Part shown: piece after piece, positions 27,721 to 37,100 of the stretch
Numbering within the stretch: position 1 is the stretch's first letter
How the letters are laid out: the number at the start of each line of letters is the position of its first letter
Origin: a virus
Lineage: Duplodnaviria; Caudoviricetes
Virus record (IMG/VR): IMGVR_UViG_3300005573_001593
Span: 23,534 to 87,533 of that record
Length of the DNA stretch: 64,000 nucleotides
Reading direction: 5' to 3' (one strand)
Notes under the pieces: model-generated
What the model saw: the letters and a program-made list of their open reading frames with translations, nothing else
What the model was told of the DNA's origin: nothing
Database searches by the model: none
Position numbers and translations under genes: made by a program

Positions 27721-29205
27721 GCGACACGCGGCACGCGACACCACATCGGCCGCAGGTAGACCCCGACGCGTCCCTCATGCGTTCCATGCAGCGCGTAGCC
27801 CAGGGTGAAGGCTTCTTCACCGGGCCGGGCGCGTCGCACCCCACCGTTGCCGTCCGAGCAGACCAGATCGCCCGCGCGGATGACATCACGTGTCCGGATA
27901 CGCACGCGCCCGACCAGCGCGAGTGGCGCGACATGCTCATCTGTGACCGTGTCCTCGGGTTCGTCGTCGCTGAAGCGGTCGAACCGGCCACCACCCGCGC
28001 AGAAGGCGGGCGCGAGCGAGACGACCGAGGCGGCGTGGCAGTTGTCGTGCATGCAGCGGGTGAAGGCCTCATGCGGGCCGGGACAAACCACCGTGCCCGT
28101 TTCGTACTCCGCGTCCAGCGGGTAGGTTTCGGCGTAGTCGAACGCGTCGAACGCCCCATTGGCGCTATAGGCATAGGTGCTCGTGGCGGTATAGTACGTG
28201 CCGCCCGCGATGATGAACGTGCCGTCGCCCTTCATTTCCGCGAGCTTGCCACCACCACTGTTCTTGAAGCCCATGATGGAGGAGTTGGACTGCACGAACT
28301 GACCGCTGACGCCCAGCCCGTTCACGTTCACGCCGCCCGGCCCAACCTGAAAACCGGAGTGAAAGGTGTTGCTGCTGTCGTAGTAGCCAAACTGGACCGT
28401 GGGCGAGATCGTGGCCCACCAGCCACCAATTTGCACCCAGACATTCGTGCCATTGTACGTCGAGCGTGCTCCGGCTGCGGTCGTGCCCTGCGCCAGCACA
28501 TCGCCACTGAGCGGCCCACTGAACTCGTTCGCGGTCGCCGTACCGGAGACCGAGAGGCCAGCGCCATTGAAGATGCCCGTGTTGTCCACATGGGCATTCT
28601 TGGCGGCGTTGAAATACGTCCAGTTGTTCGCACCCGGCGCGATGACAATGTCCCACGGGTTAGCTGCGAACTGGATATAGTTTGTCTGGCCGGGACCGTA
28701 GAGCGTGGAACCAATGGAGATGCTGCCACTCGTTGTGAAGCCGCCAGCCGTGACTGTGCCAGTGAACGTGATGCCATTCTTGGTCGCGCCCTCATAGACG
28801 TAGCCCGCGTTGACCTCATCGTAGAGGTAGCCACCCACGGTGCCGCTGGAATTGTAGCCATGCGCCAGACCCAGCGTTCCACTCGTTGAGTACACCGTGT
28901 AGGCATCGCCACTGGACGGCTTGAACGTCACCGTGCCCGTGAAGACCGAACCACCCGATGAGCCGCCCGTCACCGAGCCGGAAACGCTCAGGTTGCCCGT
29001 AATGGTGACGTTGCCGTTGCCGTCTGACGTGAACTTGCCCGCGTCACTGGACAGATGCCCGATGGTCGCCAGTCCGGAGACGGTGATCGTCGTGAACGAC
29101 GGATCGGTCGCGTTATTGAGCGCGGCCAGATTCGCATTGACATCAGACGAGCGTATAACAGTGGAGGGTGTGAAACGTGATTAGCGTTGCGCCAAGACCG
29201 GCCAT
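27717..29205 (-). CDS. Tail fibre/spike with C-terminal autocleaving chaperone-like domain; start is one base out of frame
   Basis: FTPSTVIRSSDVNANL N-terminal motif, G/T/N-rich body, C-terminal DYAE...PLALVGRV (peptidase G2/IMC-like); ATG at 29205 to stop is 1489 nt (3n+1), extra T in TTT at 29173-29175. Confidence 0.75.
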
Positions 29206-29223
29206 TCGCTACCCCCTAGCACT

Positions 29224-29258
29224 TTGAACGGGTAGCGTGCAATACGCTACCCGTTCAA
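29224..29258. other. Perfect 15-bp hairpin between the endonuclease and the new fibre start
   Basis: TTGAACGGGTAGCGT-gcaat-ACGCTACCCGTTCAA; no U tract on either strand. Confidence 0.7.
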
Positions 29259-29270
29259 TCTGATTAACCG

Positions 29271-30233
29271 TTACTGACTTCGCCGCTTGCGACGCCCTTC
29301 AGCGTACGCCCGTTTGAGCGACTCGCTCCGCTTGGCGCGGGTCTCTGCGCTCTGGACGTGGCCGCGTTTCTTTTCTGCGATGCGTCGCTTCGTTTCCTCA
29401 GAGTGTGGCGTGGTATGGTACGCTTTCCCCAGGTGTGCAAGACGCATGCGCTCCAAGCCTTCCGGCGTCATCTGCGGTGGCTTGATCTCGCCTCGTGCGG
29501 CCCGCTCCAGGCCGATCTGGCGCAACTTCTCTCGTGTTTCCGATCCCCACGTCTTGCCTTTATTCCAGCCGCCAAAGTCCGCGCGAACTGACCTGCGGCC
29601 TTCAGCATAGGCGTGTTTGAGGGCTTCCGAACGCTTCTGACGTGTTTCAGCAGATTGCTTGCGGCCAGTCTGCCACGCGCGTACACGAGCACGGTACTCA
29701 TCTGTGCCATGGTGAAGGCGTATAGCCGCAGAAAGTCTTTCGCGGGTCGCCTCACTGAGCGGCACACCCTTATTGGATGGCACCTGCCCGAGATGGGCTA
29801 TGGAGAGCTTGCGGCGGTACTCGGCGCTGAAGGTCTTGCCCGAGTGAGGATGCCCATCTCGTTGAAGGCGTCGTCGTGCCGCCTCAGCCATGCGCTGGCG
29901 CATCTCTGGCGTGAAATCGAATGGCTTGTTTACCTGAAACGCGACATTGAGTTGCGGCGCGAGCGTGTCTATCCAGTGCTGCTCACGCTCCGTAAGCCGG
30001 TCGGGTGAACACTGTTCCAGCACAGCCCACTGGAAGGCTTTCTCTCCGTATTTGTTCCACTCATGTTGGAAATGGGGGCTGTGGTGCTTGTTAGCGCGAA
30101 GGAGCTCGAGATGATCGTTCCAGCGCCGTTCAATGTCAATAGAGCGACCGATGTACTGTTTTCCGGTGGGGATACACGTGGCGGCATAGATACCGCACAG
30201 CGATAAAGAGGCAGACTCGTCCACTGTTCTCAC
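29271..30233 (-). CDS. GIY-YIG homing endonuclease with NUMOD3-type repeats
   Basis: GIYAATCIPTGKQYIGRS, RWNDH; repeated H/QSxETR/KxK/R motifs; QSAETRxKRSExLKxAYAEGRR present twice. Confidence 0.92.
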   Translation of the reverse strand: MRTVDESASLSLCGIYAATCIPTGKQYIGRSIDIERRWNDHLELLRANKHHSPHFQHEWNKYGEKAFQWAVLEQCSPDRLTEREQHWIDTLAPQLNVAFQVNKPFDFTPEMRQRMAEAARRRLQRDGHPHSGKTFSAEYRRKLSIAHLGQVPSNKGVPLSEATRERLSAAIRLHHGTDEYRARVRAWQTGRKQSAETRQKRSEALKHAYAEGRRSVRADFGGWNKGKTWGSETREKLRQIGLERAARGEIKPPQMTPEGLERMRLAHLGKAYHTTPHSEETKRRIAEKKRGHVQSAETRAKRSESLKRAYAEGRRKRRSQ

Positions 30234-30261
30234 TCTCTAGCGTGAGTCTCTAGATGCGATA

Positions 30262-30321
30262 CCGCCAGGGGGCCTAGAGAAACCCCTTTTCGGCTGAGGT
30301 AGCTAATCCCAACCTAGACGG
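30262..30321 (-). ncRNA. Putative structured cis-regulatory leader (three-way junction)
   Basis: Hand folding: CCGUCUAG/CUGGCGG, GGUUGGG/CUCAGCC, GAAAA linker, GGGGUUU/AGGCCCC. Confidence 0.4.
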
Positions 30322-30335
30322 CCCTTACACTATAC

Positions 30336-30363
30336 ATTATACAATTCTGCACGGTAGTCACAA
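30336..30363 (-). promoter_or_regulatory. Sigma70-type promoter for the endonuclease
   Basis: TTGTGA-16 nt-TATAAT on the minus strand. Confidence 0.55.
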
Positions 30364-30372
30364 GTCCGGTAA

Positions 30373-30429
30373 TTAACGGTGTTGGACAGTCGATGGCGTA
30401 AACGTCATCAAGGAAGCGCCAAGGCCCAT
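30373..30429 (-). pseudogene. Stranded original 5' end of the fibre gene (18 codons)
   Basis: MGLGASLMTFTPSTVQHR*, 3 nt after the upstream stop; first 15 residues match the fibre N-terminus. Confidence 0.75.
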
Positions 30430-30432
30430 CGG

Positions 30433-31029
30433 TTATGCCCCTTTCTGCTTCCGTCGTCGTGGGACGTTCCGCGAGACAGGCGCCACTGGCACGTCGCGGT
30501 GCGGGTAGAGTCGGTGGAGCTCCTGCGCCGCAGGTACGGCTTGGAAGAGCGGCTCATGGGTCCGCGGGTGCAGGTCGCACAGGTCCGCTGCGTTGAGATA
30601 CCAGACATGCTCTGGCACATCTGGATGATTGGCGTGTGTGGCCGTGATCACGAGCAGCACTGGCTCCCCACCCGTCACGGGATCACGCTCGTCCGTCCCA
30701 ATGGGGAAGTAGCGGCTCTTGGGCTGCACGTCTACGTGCATGCGTGCCACATTGCCCGCCGCGCCGAAGTGCTCGCTGAGCGCCTGGGGAAACAACCGGC
30801 CCTGCTGCGTACTGGCGTGTATGCGCTCGTGCGCGGCAGGCGTCACATCGACCGGGATGCGCTTGACATCCGCGAGATCAAACCGTTTGCGCGCGGGTAC
30901 AGGGCGTGGCGTGGGTGGCGTCGCCGGAAGCAGATGCTTGGCCTGTCCCTCGCGAATCACCTGGTTCTTGCGTGCACGTGCTGCACGTTGCTGCGCGGGG
31001 GAGAGTGGCTCGGGTCGTGGCATGTCCAT
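30433..31029 (-). CDS. Hypothetical phage protein
   Basis: 198-aa ORF within the tail operon. Confidence 0.65.
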   Translation of the reverse strand: MDMPRPEPLSPAQQRAARARKNQVIREGQAKHLLPATPPTPRPVPARKRFDLADVKRIPVDVTPAAHERIHASTQQGRLFPQALSEHFGAAGNVARMHVDVQPKSRYFPIGTDERDPVTGGEPVLLVITATHANHPDVPEHVWYLNAADLCDLHPRTHEPLFQAVPAAQELHRLYPHRDVPVAPVSRNVPRRRKQKGA

Positions 31030-31042
31030 GGGTCACCGTCCG

Positions 31043-33049
31043 TTAACGGCCTAACGTGTAATCCTGGAGCATCGTCTGAAGATTAAGCAACTGAACATCT
31101 TGAGATGGAGCAAGCGAGGCGATTTCGAGGTCTACGTAGTCCCATCGATACGACACGCTCACAATGACCGCCACCTGATCGAGCGCCGCCGCCGGCGAGA
31201 AGTCCCAGTATCCTATGTCCCACTGCGAGACGTCCCAGAGCGTATTTGCGGCATTCGCCGACGGGTTCACGATCTGACACGTATCGCCTGGTTGGATGCT
31301 CTCAATGTCGTAGCCAAGACCCGTCTGTGCGTCGCCGCGGTAGTCCACAATCCTGAGCTTCGTGCGCACGAGCATGCGATCGTACTGATTGAGTAGGCCT
31401 TGCGCCACGACCGCACAGGAATGCTGGTCGGTGAGACGGCTGTCCGCAAGCTGCAACACACGTGCGCCAAAAGTCGAGAGATCCGTCCCTTGCGCTGTGG
31501 CCTGCACGAGAATCTGCACCTGCGTCTGAGCGGCGTAGGCGGCATTGGCTGTGAACGAGTTGACCGGCACGCTCGTCGCATTCTGGGCCGTATCTGCTGA
31601 GACCGTTACCGTCTGCTGGGGGCTACCATTGCCATTGAGCACGAGCTGCTGGCCCGCCACGATCGCCACGGGAAGCGGTGCGATCGTGAGCGACGTGTAC
31701 TGCGTGCCACTCACAAGCGCAGAGGTCAGGGAGGTTGCGAGCCCCGTCCCAATGACGCGCGTGACGTTCTTGAGGCTCGTCCAATCCTTGCGATACTGCG
31801 GCACCGCGATGTGCTGGCCGAGGATGAACTGGTGCTGCGCCGTCGTCGGGGCCACGTTGAGCGTCATGGACTTGTCGGCATTGGGTCGGTAGAACCAGTT
31901 GGCTGGCAGCATCGTGATGAGTGTATCGTAGATCGACTTGATCGACTGGTTCTCGAATGTGTACGCCACAAGGTTGCCCGACGACGCGGGATTGTTCGGG
32001 TCCAGCGTCATGGGAGACATGTATGGCTTGCCCGTCAGTGGATCATTGTTGGTGAAAAACCAATTGAAGATCGTGACGGGATCCACGTACGAACTGGTGA
32101 CGCCTGGTGTGCCGAAGGACTGACCTAGCACCAGCCCTTCATCCGCGAGTACGCTGTCAAAGGGCGTGATCGTGACCGTAATCGATTCCTCGCCGGACTC
32201 AAGAATCTGCGGCTCATAGGAGTCAATGACGCCCTGAAATTTCAGCAGGCCCCCCGCCGGCAGATTCGGTCCGAAGAGCCAGTATTGCACGATATTGCCC
32301 TGCGCGATGGTGCCACGATTACTGCCGACGCCCGCCTCATCGAAGTTATCGAAGGCTCGTGGAAGTTGCACCCGGAGCGGTGTCGTGGCGCTATTGATCG
32401 CGTACTTCACGCCGGACAGAAGCGGCGCGTCGCGCCAGACGTCAAGGAATGTGCCACTACTGCTGTAGACCAGCACCATCTGCTGTTTGTAGTGTAGCGG
32501 CGTGGCGTCAGACGGGTTGCCCAGCGACCCCACGCCCAGCGTCCACGGCGTCGCACTTGCGCCCTGCTCGATCTGGATGCCGCTTACCCACAGCGTCGTG
32601 GATTGTCCCACGACGTTGCCCGTGTCGATGCGCAGCCCGATCAGGTAGTAGGTCGAGGACGTGGGCATGGTGAACGTCACGGAGTAGCGCATCCACGTCG
32701 TGGTCAGCGTGAGCGTCTGAACCGTGCTGGCGTTCTGGTTGTCGGCGCGGAAGTTATTGAACTCCGCGAAGAAGCGCACGGACGTGTTATCCGTCCCAGC
32801 GCTCTTGAGATATACCGACAGCGTGTACTGCTGGCCGGGGATGAAGTTATACGCAATCGGGATGTTGATGCCCAGCGTCTCATACGACCCAGAGCCATCG
32901 CAGTACACCTTGAGCGAGCCATTGCCCACCGCATAGGTCGTAGGGTCGTATTGCGTGTAGCCGTTCACACCTCCTGAGAACTGGAACCAGTCGTAGCCGC
33001 CAGATGGATTGCTCAGGTCGCTTTGACCTGCGGTGAAGAGATTGGGCAT
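31043..33049 (-). CDS. Minor tail/hub protein with N-terminal carbohydrate-binding-like domain
   Basis: GQQYTLSVYLKS...LTTTWMRYSVTFT...IQIEQG (CBM4/9-like); position after Dit. Confidence 0.75.
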   Translation of the reverse strand: MPNLFTAGQSDLSNPSGGYDWFQFSGGVNGYTQYDPTTYAVGNGSLKVYCDGSGSYETLGINIPIAYNFIPGQQYTLSVYLKSAGTDNTSVRFFAEFNNFRADNQNASTVQTLTLTTTWMRYSVTFTMPTSSTYYLIGLRIDTGNVVGQSTTLWVSGIQIEQGASATPWTLGVGSLGNPSDATPLHYKQQMVLVYSSSGTFLDVWRDAPLLSGVKYAINSATTPLRVQLPRAFDNFDEAGVGSNRGTIAQGNIVQYWLFGPNLPAGGLLKFQGVIDSYEPQILESGEESITVTITPFDSVLADEGLVLGQSFGTPGVTSSYVDPVTIFNWFFTNNDPLTGKPYMSPMTLDPNNPASSGNLVAYTFENQSIKSIYDTLITMLPANWFYRPNADKSMTLNVAPTTAQHQFILGQHIAVPQYRKDWTSLKNVTRVIGTGLATSLTSALVSGTQYTSLTIAPLPVAIVAGQQLVLNGNGSPQQTVTVSADTAQNATSVPVNSFTANAAYAAQTQVQILVQATAQGTDLSTFGARVLQLADSRLTDQHSCAVVAQGLLNQYDRMLVRTKLRIVDYRGDAQTGLGYDIESIQPGDTCQIVNPSANAANTLWDVSQWDIGYWDFSPAAALDQVAVIVSVSYRWDYVDLEIASLAPSQDVQLLNLQTMLQDYTLGR

Positions 33050-33058
33050 ACGATCACC

Positions 33059-34123
33059 TTACGACAGGTAGCGCGGTGTCCAGATGGCGTAGACATCGAC
33101 GATGGGCTGCGTCGAAGCGGTCACCTGCAACGTGAGCACGGTCCCAGTTGGCTCGATGACCGGGAAGGTGCCGGAGAACGCGATGAGTGTGCCGGGCGCG
33201 GCGCTGGAGACGACCGTGTAGCCGTTGGCCTGACGCGGGTCACAGCCAATGGTGATCTGCTGTCCGGGTGCCCAACTCAGGTTGCTCACCTGAAGCGAGG
33301 AGCCATCGGGGTTCTGCGAGAGCGTAAAGCCCGTGATGGTCGCGGCAGCGTAGTCGCATGAGGTCGTGGTGCCCGGATAGGAGAAGTTGGCCGTGAACGA
33401 CGTGACACTGAGCGTAGTGGCCCCTGATGCCGCCGCTGCGGACAGCGTTACGGTCTGCGTGTGTCCCGTGCCATCATTGAGCGTAAACTGTGTGCCGGCC
33501 GGCGCGCTCGCGGGCAGGGCCGCTACGCTCAGACTGGTATAGGCGTTGCCGCTGGTTAGTGCCGCTGAGAGCGTCGTGTTGACAGCCTGCGAGTTGTTGG
33601 TCAGCGTGAGCGTTGGGTAGGCATACTCGGTACCACTGCTGGAGACGACCAGATTACCGCTGATCCAGTTGGATCCGGATACCAGGGCATACGCAAGACT
33701 ACTGGAGTCGTAGCTGCTGGGTGTGGCCGCGTAAAGGTACGGGTCCACCGCCAGGAACGTGATCTGGATCGTGACCGCAAGGAGGCGTGTCGCACGGTAG
33801 GTAATCGGTGCGCTGATGGCGTCGCAGACCAGATAGCGGTCGTCCAGCATGTGAATGGCCAGTTGCTGTTGCCGCTGGTTCAGCGCCTGCAAGAGCACAT
33901 CCACCTTGCTTTCGAGATCGGCGCGTGAGCTGCCGACGACGACCACCGTTACCGTCGCACGTCGCTCGTTGATAATCGTGCCGGTCGTCTTTACACCAGG
34001 GTACCGTGCGACTTTGAAGACGCTCTCCTGCACCTCCGGCAAGCCGAGCTTCTTGTCGGTTACGAAATAATTCGTACCGTCATTGAGCTGGAAGGTCCCG
34101 AACGTATAGCTGGGTAGCGCCAT
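33059..34123 (-). CDS. Distal tail (Dit)-like protein
   Basis: Immediately after the tape measure; ERRATVTV, ITFLAVDPYLY. Confidence 0.75.
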   Translation of the reverse strand: MALPSYTFGTFQLNDGTNYFVTDKKLGLPEVQESVFKVARYPGVKTTGTIINERRATVTVVVVGSSRADLESKVDVLLQALNQRQQQLAIHMLDDRYLVCDAISAPITYRATRLLAVTIQITFLAVDPYLYAATPSSYDSSSLAYALVSGSNWISGNLVVSSSGTEYAYPTLTLTNNSQAVNTTLSAALTSGNAYTSLSVAALPASAPAGTQFTLNDGTGHTQTVTLSAAAASGATTLSVTSFTANFSYPGTTTSCDYAAATITGFTLSQNPDGSSLQVSNLSWAPGQQITIGCDPRQANGYTVVSSAAPGTLIAFSGTFPVIEPTGTVLTLQVTASTQPIVDVYAIWTPRYLS

Positions 34124-34125
34124 GA

Positions 34126-37100
34126 CTAGATCCCCATCCCTGCGGTCGCGCCGCGGCCACCATACTCCACCGCGAGGCCCGCAATCTCGTTGAAGATCTG
34201 ATAGATCGTGTTGATATCCACGTTGCCGGTACCCTGAATGTTGATGTTGCCGATGTTTTGCTGAGTGACAGTGCCTAGCGTCGCCGGCGTAATGTTGCTC
34301 CCGAGTGGCTGGGCACGTCCGGCGAGCCCATGCACCTCAGCAATGAGCTGCTGCAGGAGCGCCGGCACACTGCCGCCATTGCCGCCGAGTCCACCAACTG
34401 GGAGTTGTGGTGTGAGGCCGCCGAGCGTGCCACCAGGGGTGAGGCCGGTTCGCATCGCCTGAGCAATCTGCGCTGTGGCCTGCTTCACTCGATCCTGCTG
34501 CGCGTTCAAACCTGCTACGAGCGTGTCCCCCATGTCGGGCATCCAGCGATCGAAATCGGCCAGCGGCCCTTCGTCCGGTACGGAGAAATGCAGGAAGGAT
34601 TTGATCTTGTCCGCGACGCCAGATACGGCGCTGGTGACATGTCCAATGGCGCCGGTGATGCCTGAGGCGAGATTGCGAATCATGTCGCCGCCCCACCCGA
34701 GCATATTGCCGATCAGCCCGCGCATGATGCCGCCGATTTTGCCCGGTAGACCGGTGATGGTGGAGACCACGGAACTCACCAGCTGACCAGCCTTACCTGT
34801 CGCCAGATGCACCAGGTTGTCGAAGTAGGACACCGCGATGTTGACCATGAGGGTGATGTGCTGCAGGAAATCCACCTCCAGCCGCACGGCTTCGTTGAGG
34901 ATGTTGTCCACAAACTGCCCGATAGCCGCGAGCACGCGGGTCTCCATGCTCAACACCCAGGAGATCGCCCCGTTGACCATCGCTGAGATGGCTGAGAGGA
35001 CACGCACCTCCATCTGGAAGAACCACGTAATGACGCTGTCGACCAGATGCGCGATGCCACTTAACACCTCGCTCGGAAGCGTCTGGGTGAGCCAGGTAAT
35101 GATGCCATGCACCAGATCGGGAATCACCGAGTGTCCGATCAGGTGATCGAACAGCTGCTCGAAGAAATGGATCACGCCCTGGATGAAGTTGACGACACCG
35201 GTGAGCGCCCCGCCAGTGAGTGCGTCAAACCACTGTGCGATCCCCAGGATGGTGTGCCCCACGAACGAGAGCACGAAGCCCAGCCCGTTCTGGAACAGCA
35301 GCCCGAGCTGGCGGAGCATATCACCCGCGATGGCCGGTATCTTACCGAACTGCCCGGAAAAGACCGCCTGGACGATCCTGCCAAGATCACCAAACAAGCG
35401 GAAAATAGCGGCAAAGAAGCCCGCGATTTGGGGGAGCGCCGACAGGAAACCGCCGATGACGCCCGAGACCAGGCCCAGCACGACCTTGAGCACAGTGCCA
35501 ATCACCGTGCCGACGATCTGGAGTACAGGCGCGAGCGAGCGGAAGGAGTTGATCAGGTCATGTACTGCTGGCGCGAGCTTGGGCCACGTATTCTGCCACT
35601 GCAGACGCACCATCGTCAGGAACGTGTTGATGGTGTTGTGGATTTCCGTGATAATGGGCTTGAGCTGGCCACCAAGAAAGCCGCCCACCTGGGTCAGCTG
35701 AGTACGGAACCGGGTAAAAATCAGGATGCCGAGCGTGATGGCACCAGCGATCAGCAACAGGGGTACGAGGACGGCCCCGAGTGATGCCGCCATCCCCATC
35801 AGCGCGGGAATGGCGCTGAGCGCGCCCTGGGCGGCTCCCATGAGGCCGGTCCGGAGCAGTCCGAGCAACTGCGCCGGATTGCCGAGCTTGCCCACGAGTT
35901 CGCCCAAAGAACCGGTGAATGTTCCGATGTTGCTGACGCCTTTGCCGACCCACGAGAGCGCCGTCGGACCGAGCCGTGCCAGGTCACTCAACTTGCCTTT
36001 CAGGACTTCAAGCGCCAGTCCGGGGTGTCGCACAGCCAGACCGAACTGAAGCAGTTTGGTTGAGATCCCTTCCCCAAAGGCCGTACCGAACCGTCCTGCT
36101 TCGCCAACGACCGATCCCAGACCGCCTTTGAGACTGAGGAACAGCTTGCCTAGCGGCGCACCCTTGCCCAGCATGGACGTGAAGATGCCACTGACCATGT
36201 TCCCCACGGGCCCGAACGCCAGAAACGCCGCGCCCACGGTTGCGACCGCTCCGGCGATGCCCAGGAAAGCCGCGCGCATCGCCGCGGGATGCGCGCTGGC
36301 CCACGCCGAGAACCGGTTGAGCGCAGGCAGGATCTTGTCACCGATCTCCTTGACCAAGGGCTCCAGCGCGTCACCCAGCTTGATGAGCGCGTTCTCACCC
36401 GCGACCTTGAGGTGGTCCCACTCCGCCGCCATCGTCTGCTCGTGGATCTTGAAGGCGTTGGCCGTCATCCCCTGCGACTGCGCCATATCGCCGAGGATCT
36501 TGTTGTAAGCCGCTCCGCCATTGGTCAGCAGTTGCATCGCCGCCTGAAAACCTGCCGCACCACCGGTCAACTTCAGCATTTCCGCCTTGTTGCCCTTGGT
36601 GATCTCCATGAGGTAGTGCAGCCGCCCAATGAGATCAAGCGACGAGAACTTGGCGCTATCGAAGCCCAGGCCCATCTTCTTGGCGTTGGTCGCGACGGCG
36701 GCGGCGTTGATGCCGATAGCGCGGAAGAGATTGGAGAGCTGCATGCCCGCGATGTGCGCTGAGGACCCGCTGAGCGTCATCGTGGACATGGCCGCGGCAA
36801 CTTGGTTGAAGCTGAACCCTGCCGCATTGCCTGTCACCGCCGCTCGTCCAATGGACGACGACAGCTCCTGCATCGTGGTCTTGCCATCGCGCAAGGCCAC
36901 GAGCAGCATGTCCTGATAGTTCTGCGCCTGCTGTGCGCCCGCGCCATACGCGTTAAGGGCGCTGGTTAGTGCATCAGCGTCCGTGGACGCGTCCACCATG
37001 CCTGCCGCGCTGGCTTCCGTCACGACCTTGAGTACGCCCATCGCGTCCTTGGCCTGTACGCCGGCGGACAGCACGTAGTACAGGCCGTCACCCAACTGCT

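Larger units (their letters stand above)
29163..30385 (-). mobile_element. Free-standing homing-endonuclease cassette inserted in the 5' end of the fibre gene
   Basis: Bounded by the ACAGT repeat at 29158-29162 and 30386-30390; carries promoter, RNA leader, GIY-YIG ORF, hairpin, SD and a recoded gene start. Confidence 0.7.

Noticed and set aside
29163-30385. Group I intron interpretation of the GIY-YIG cassette
   Set aside because: No junction gives a 5' exon ending in U and an intron ending in G while restoring the frame; the flanks (about 150 and 110 nt) are too short for a catalytic core; the downstream part has its own SD and ATG
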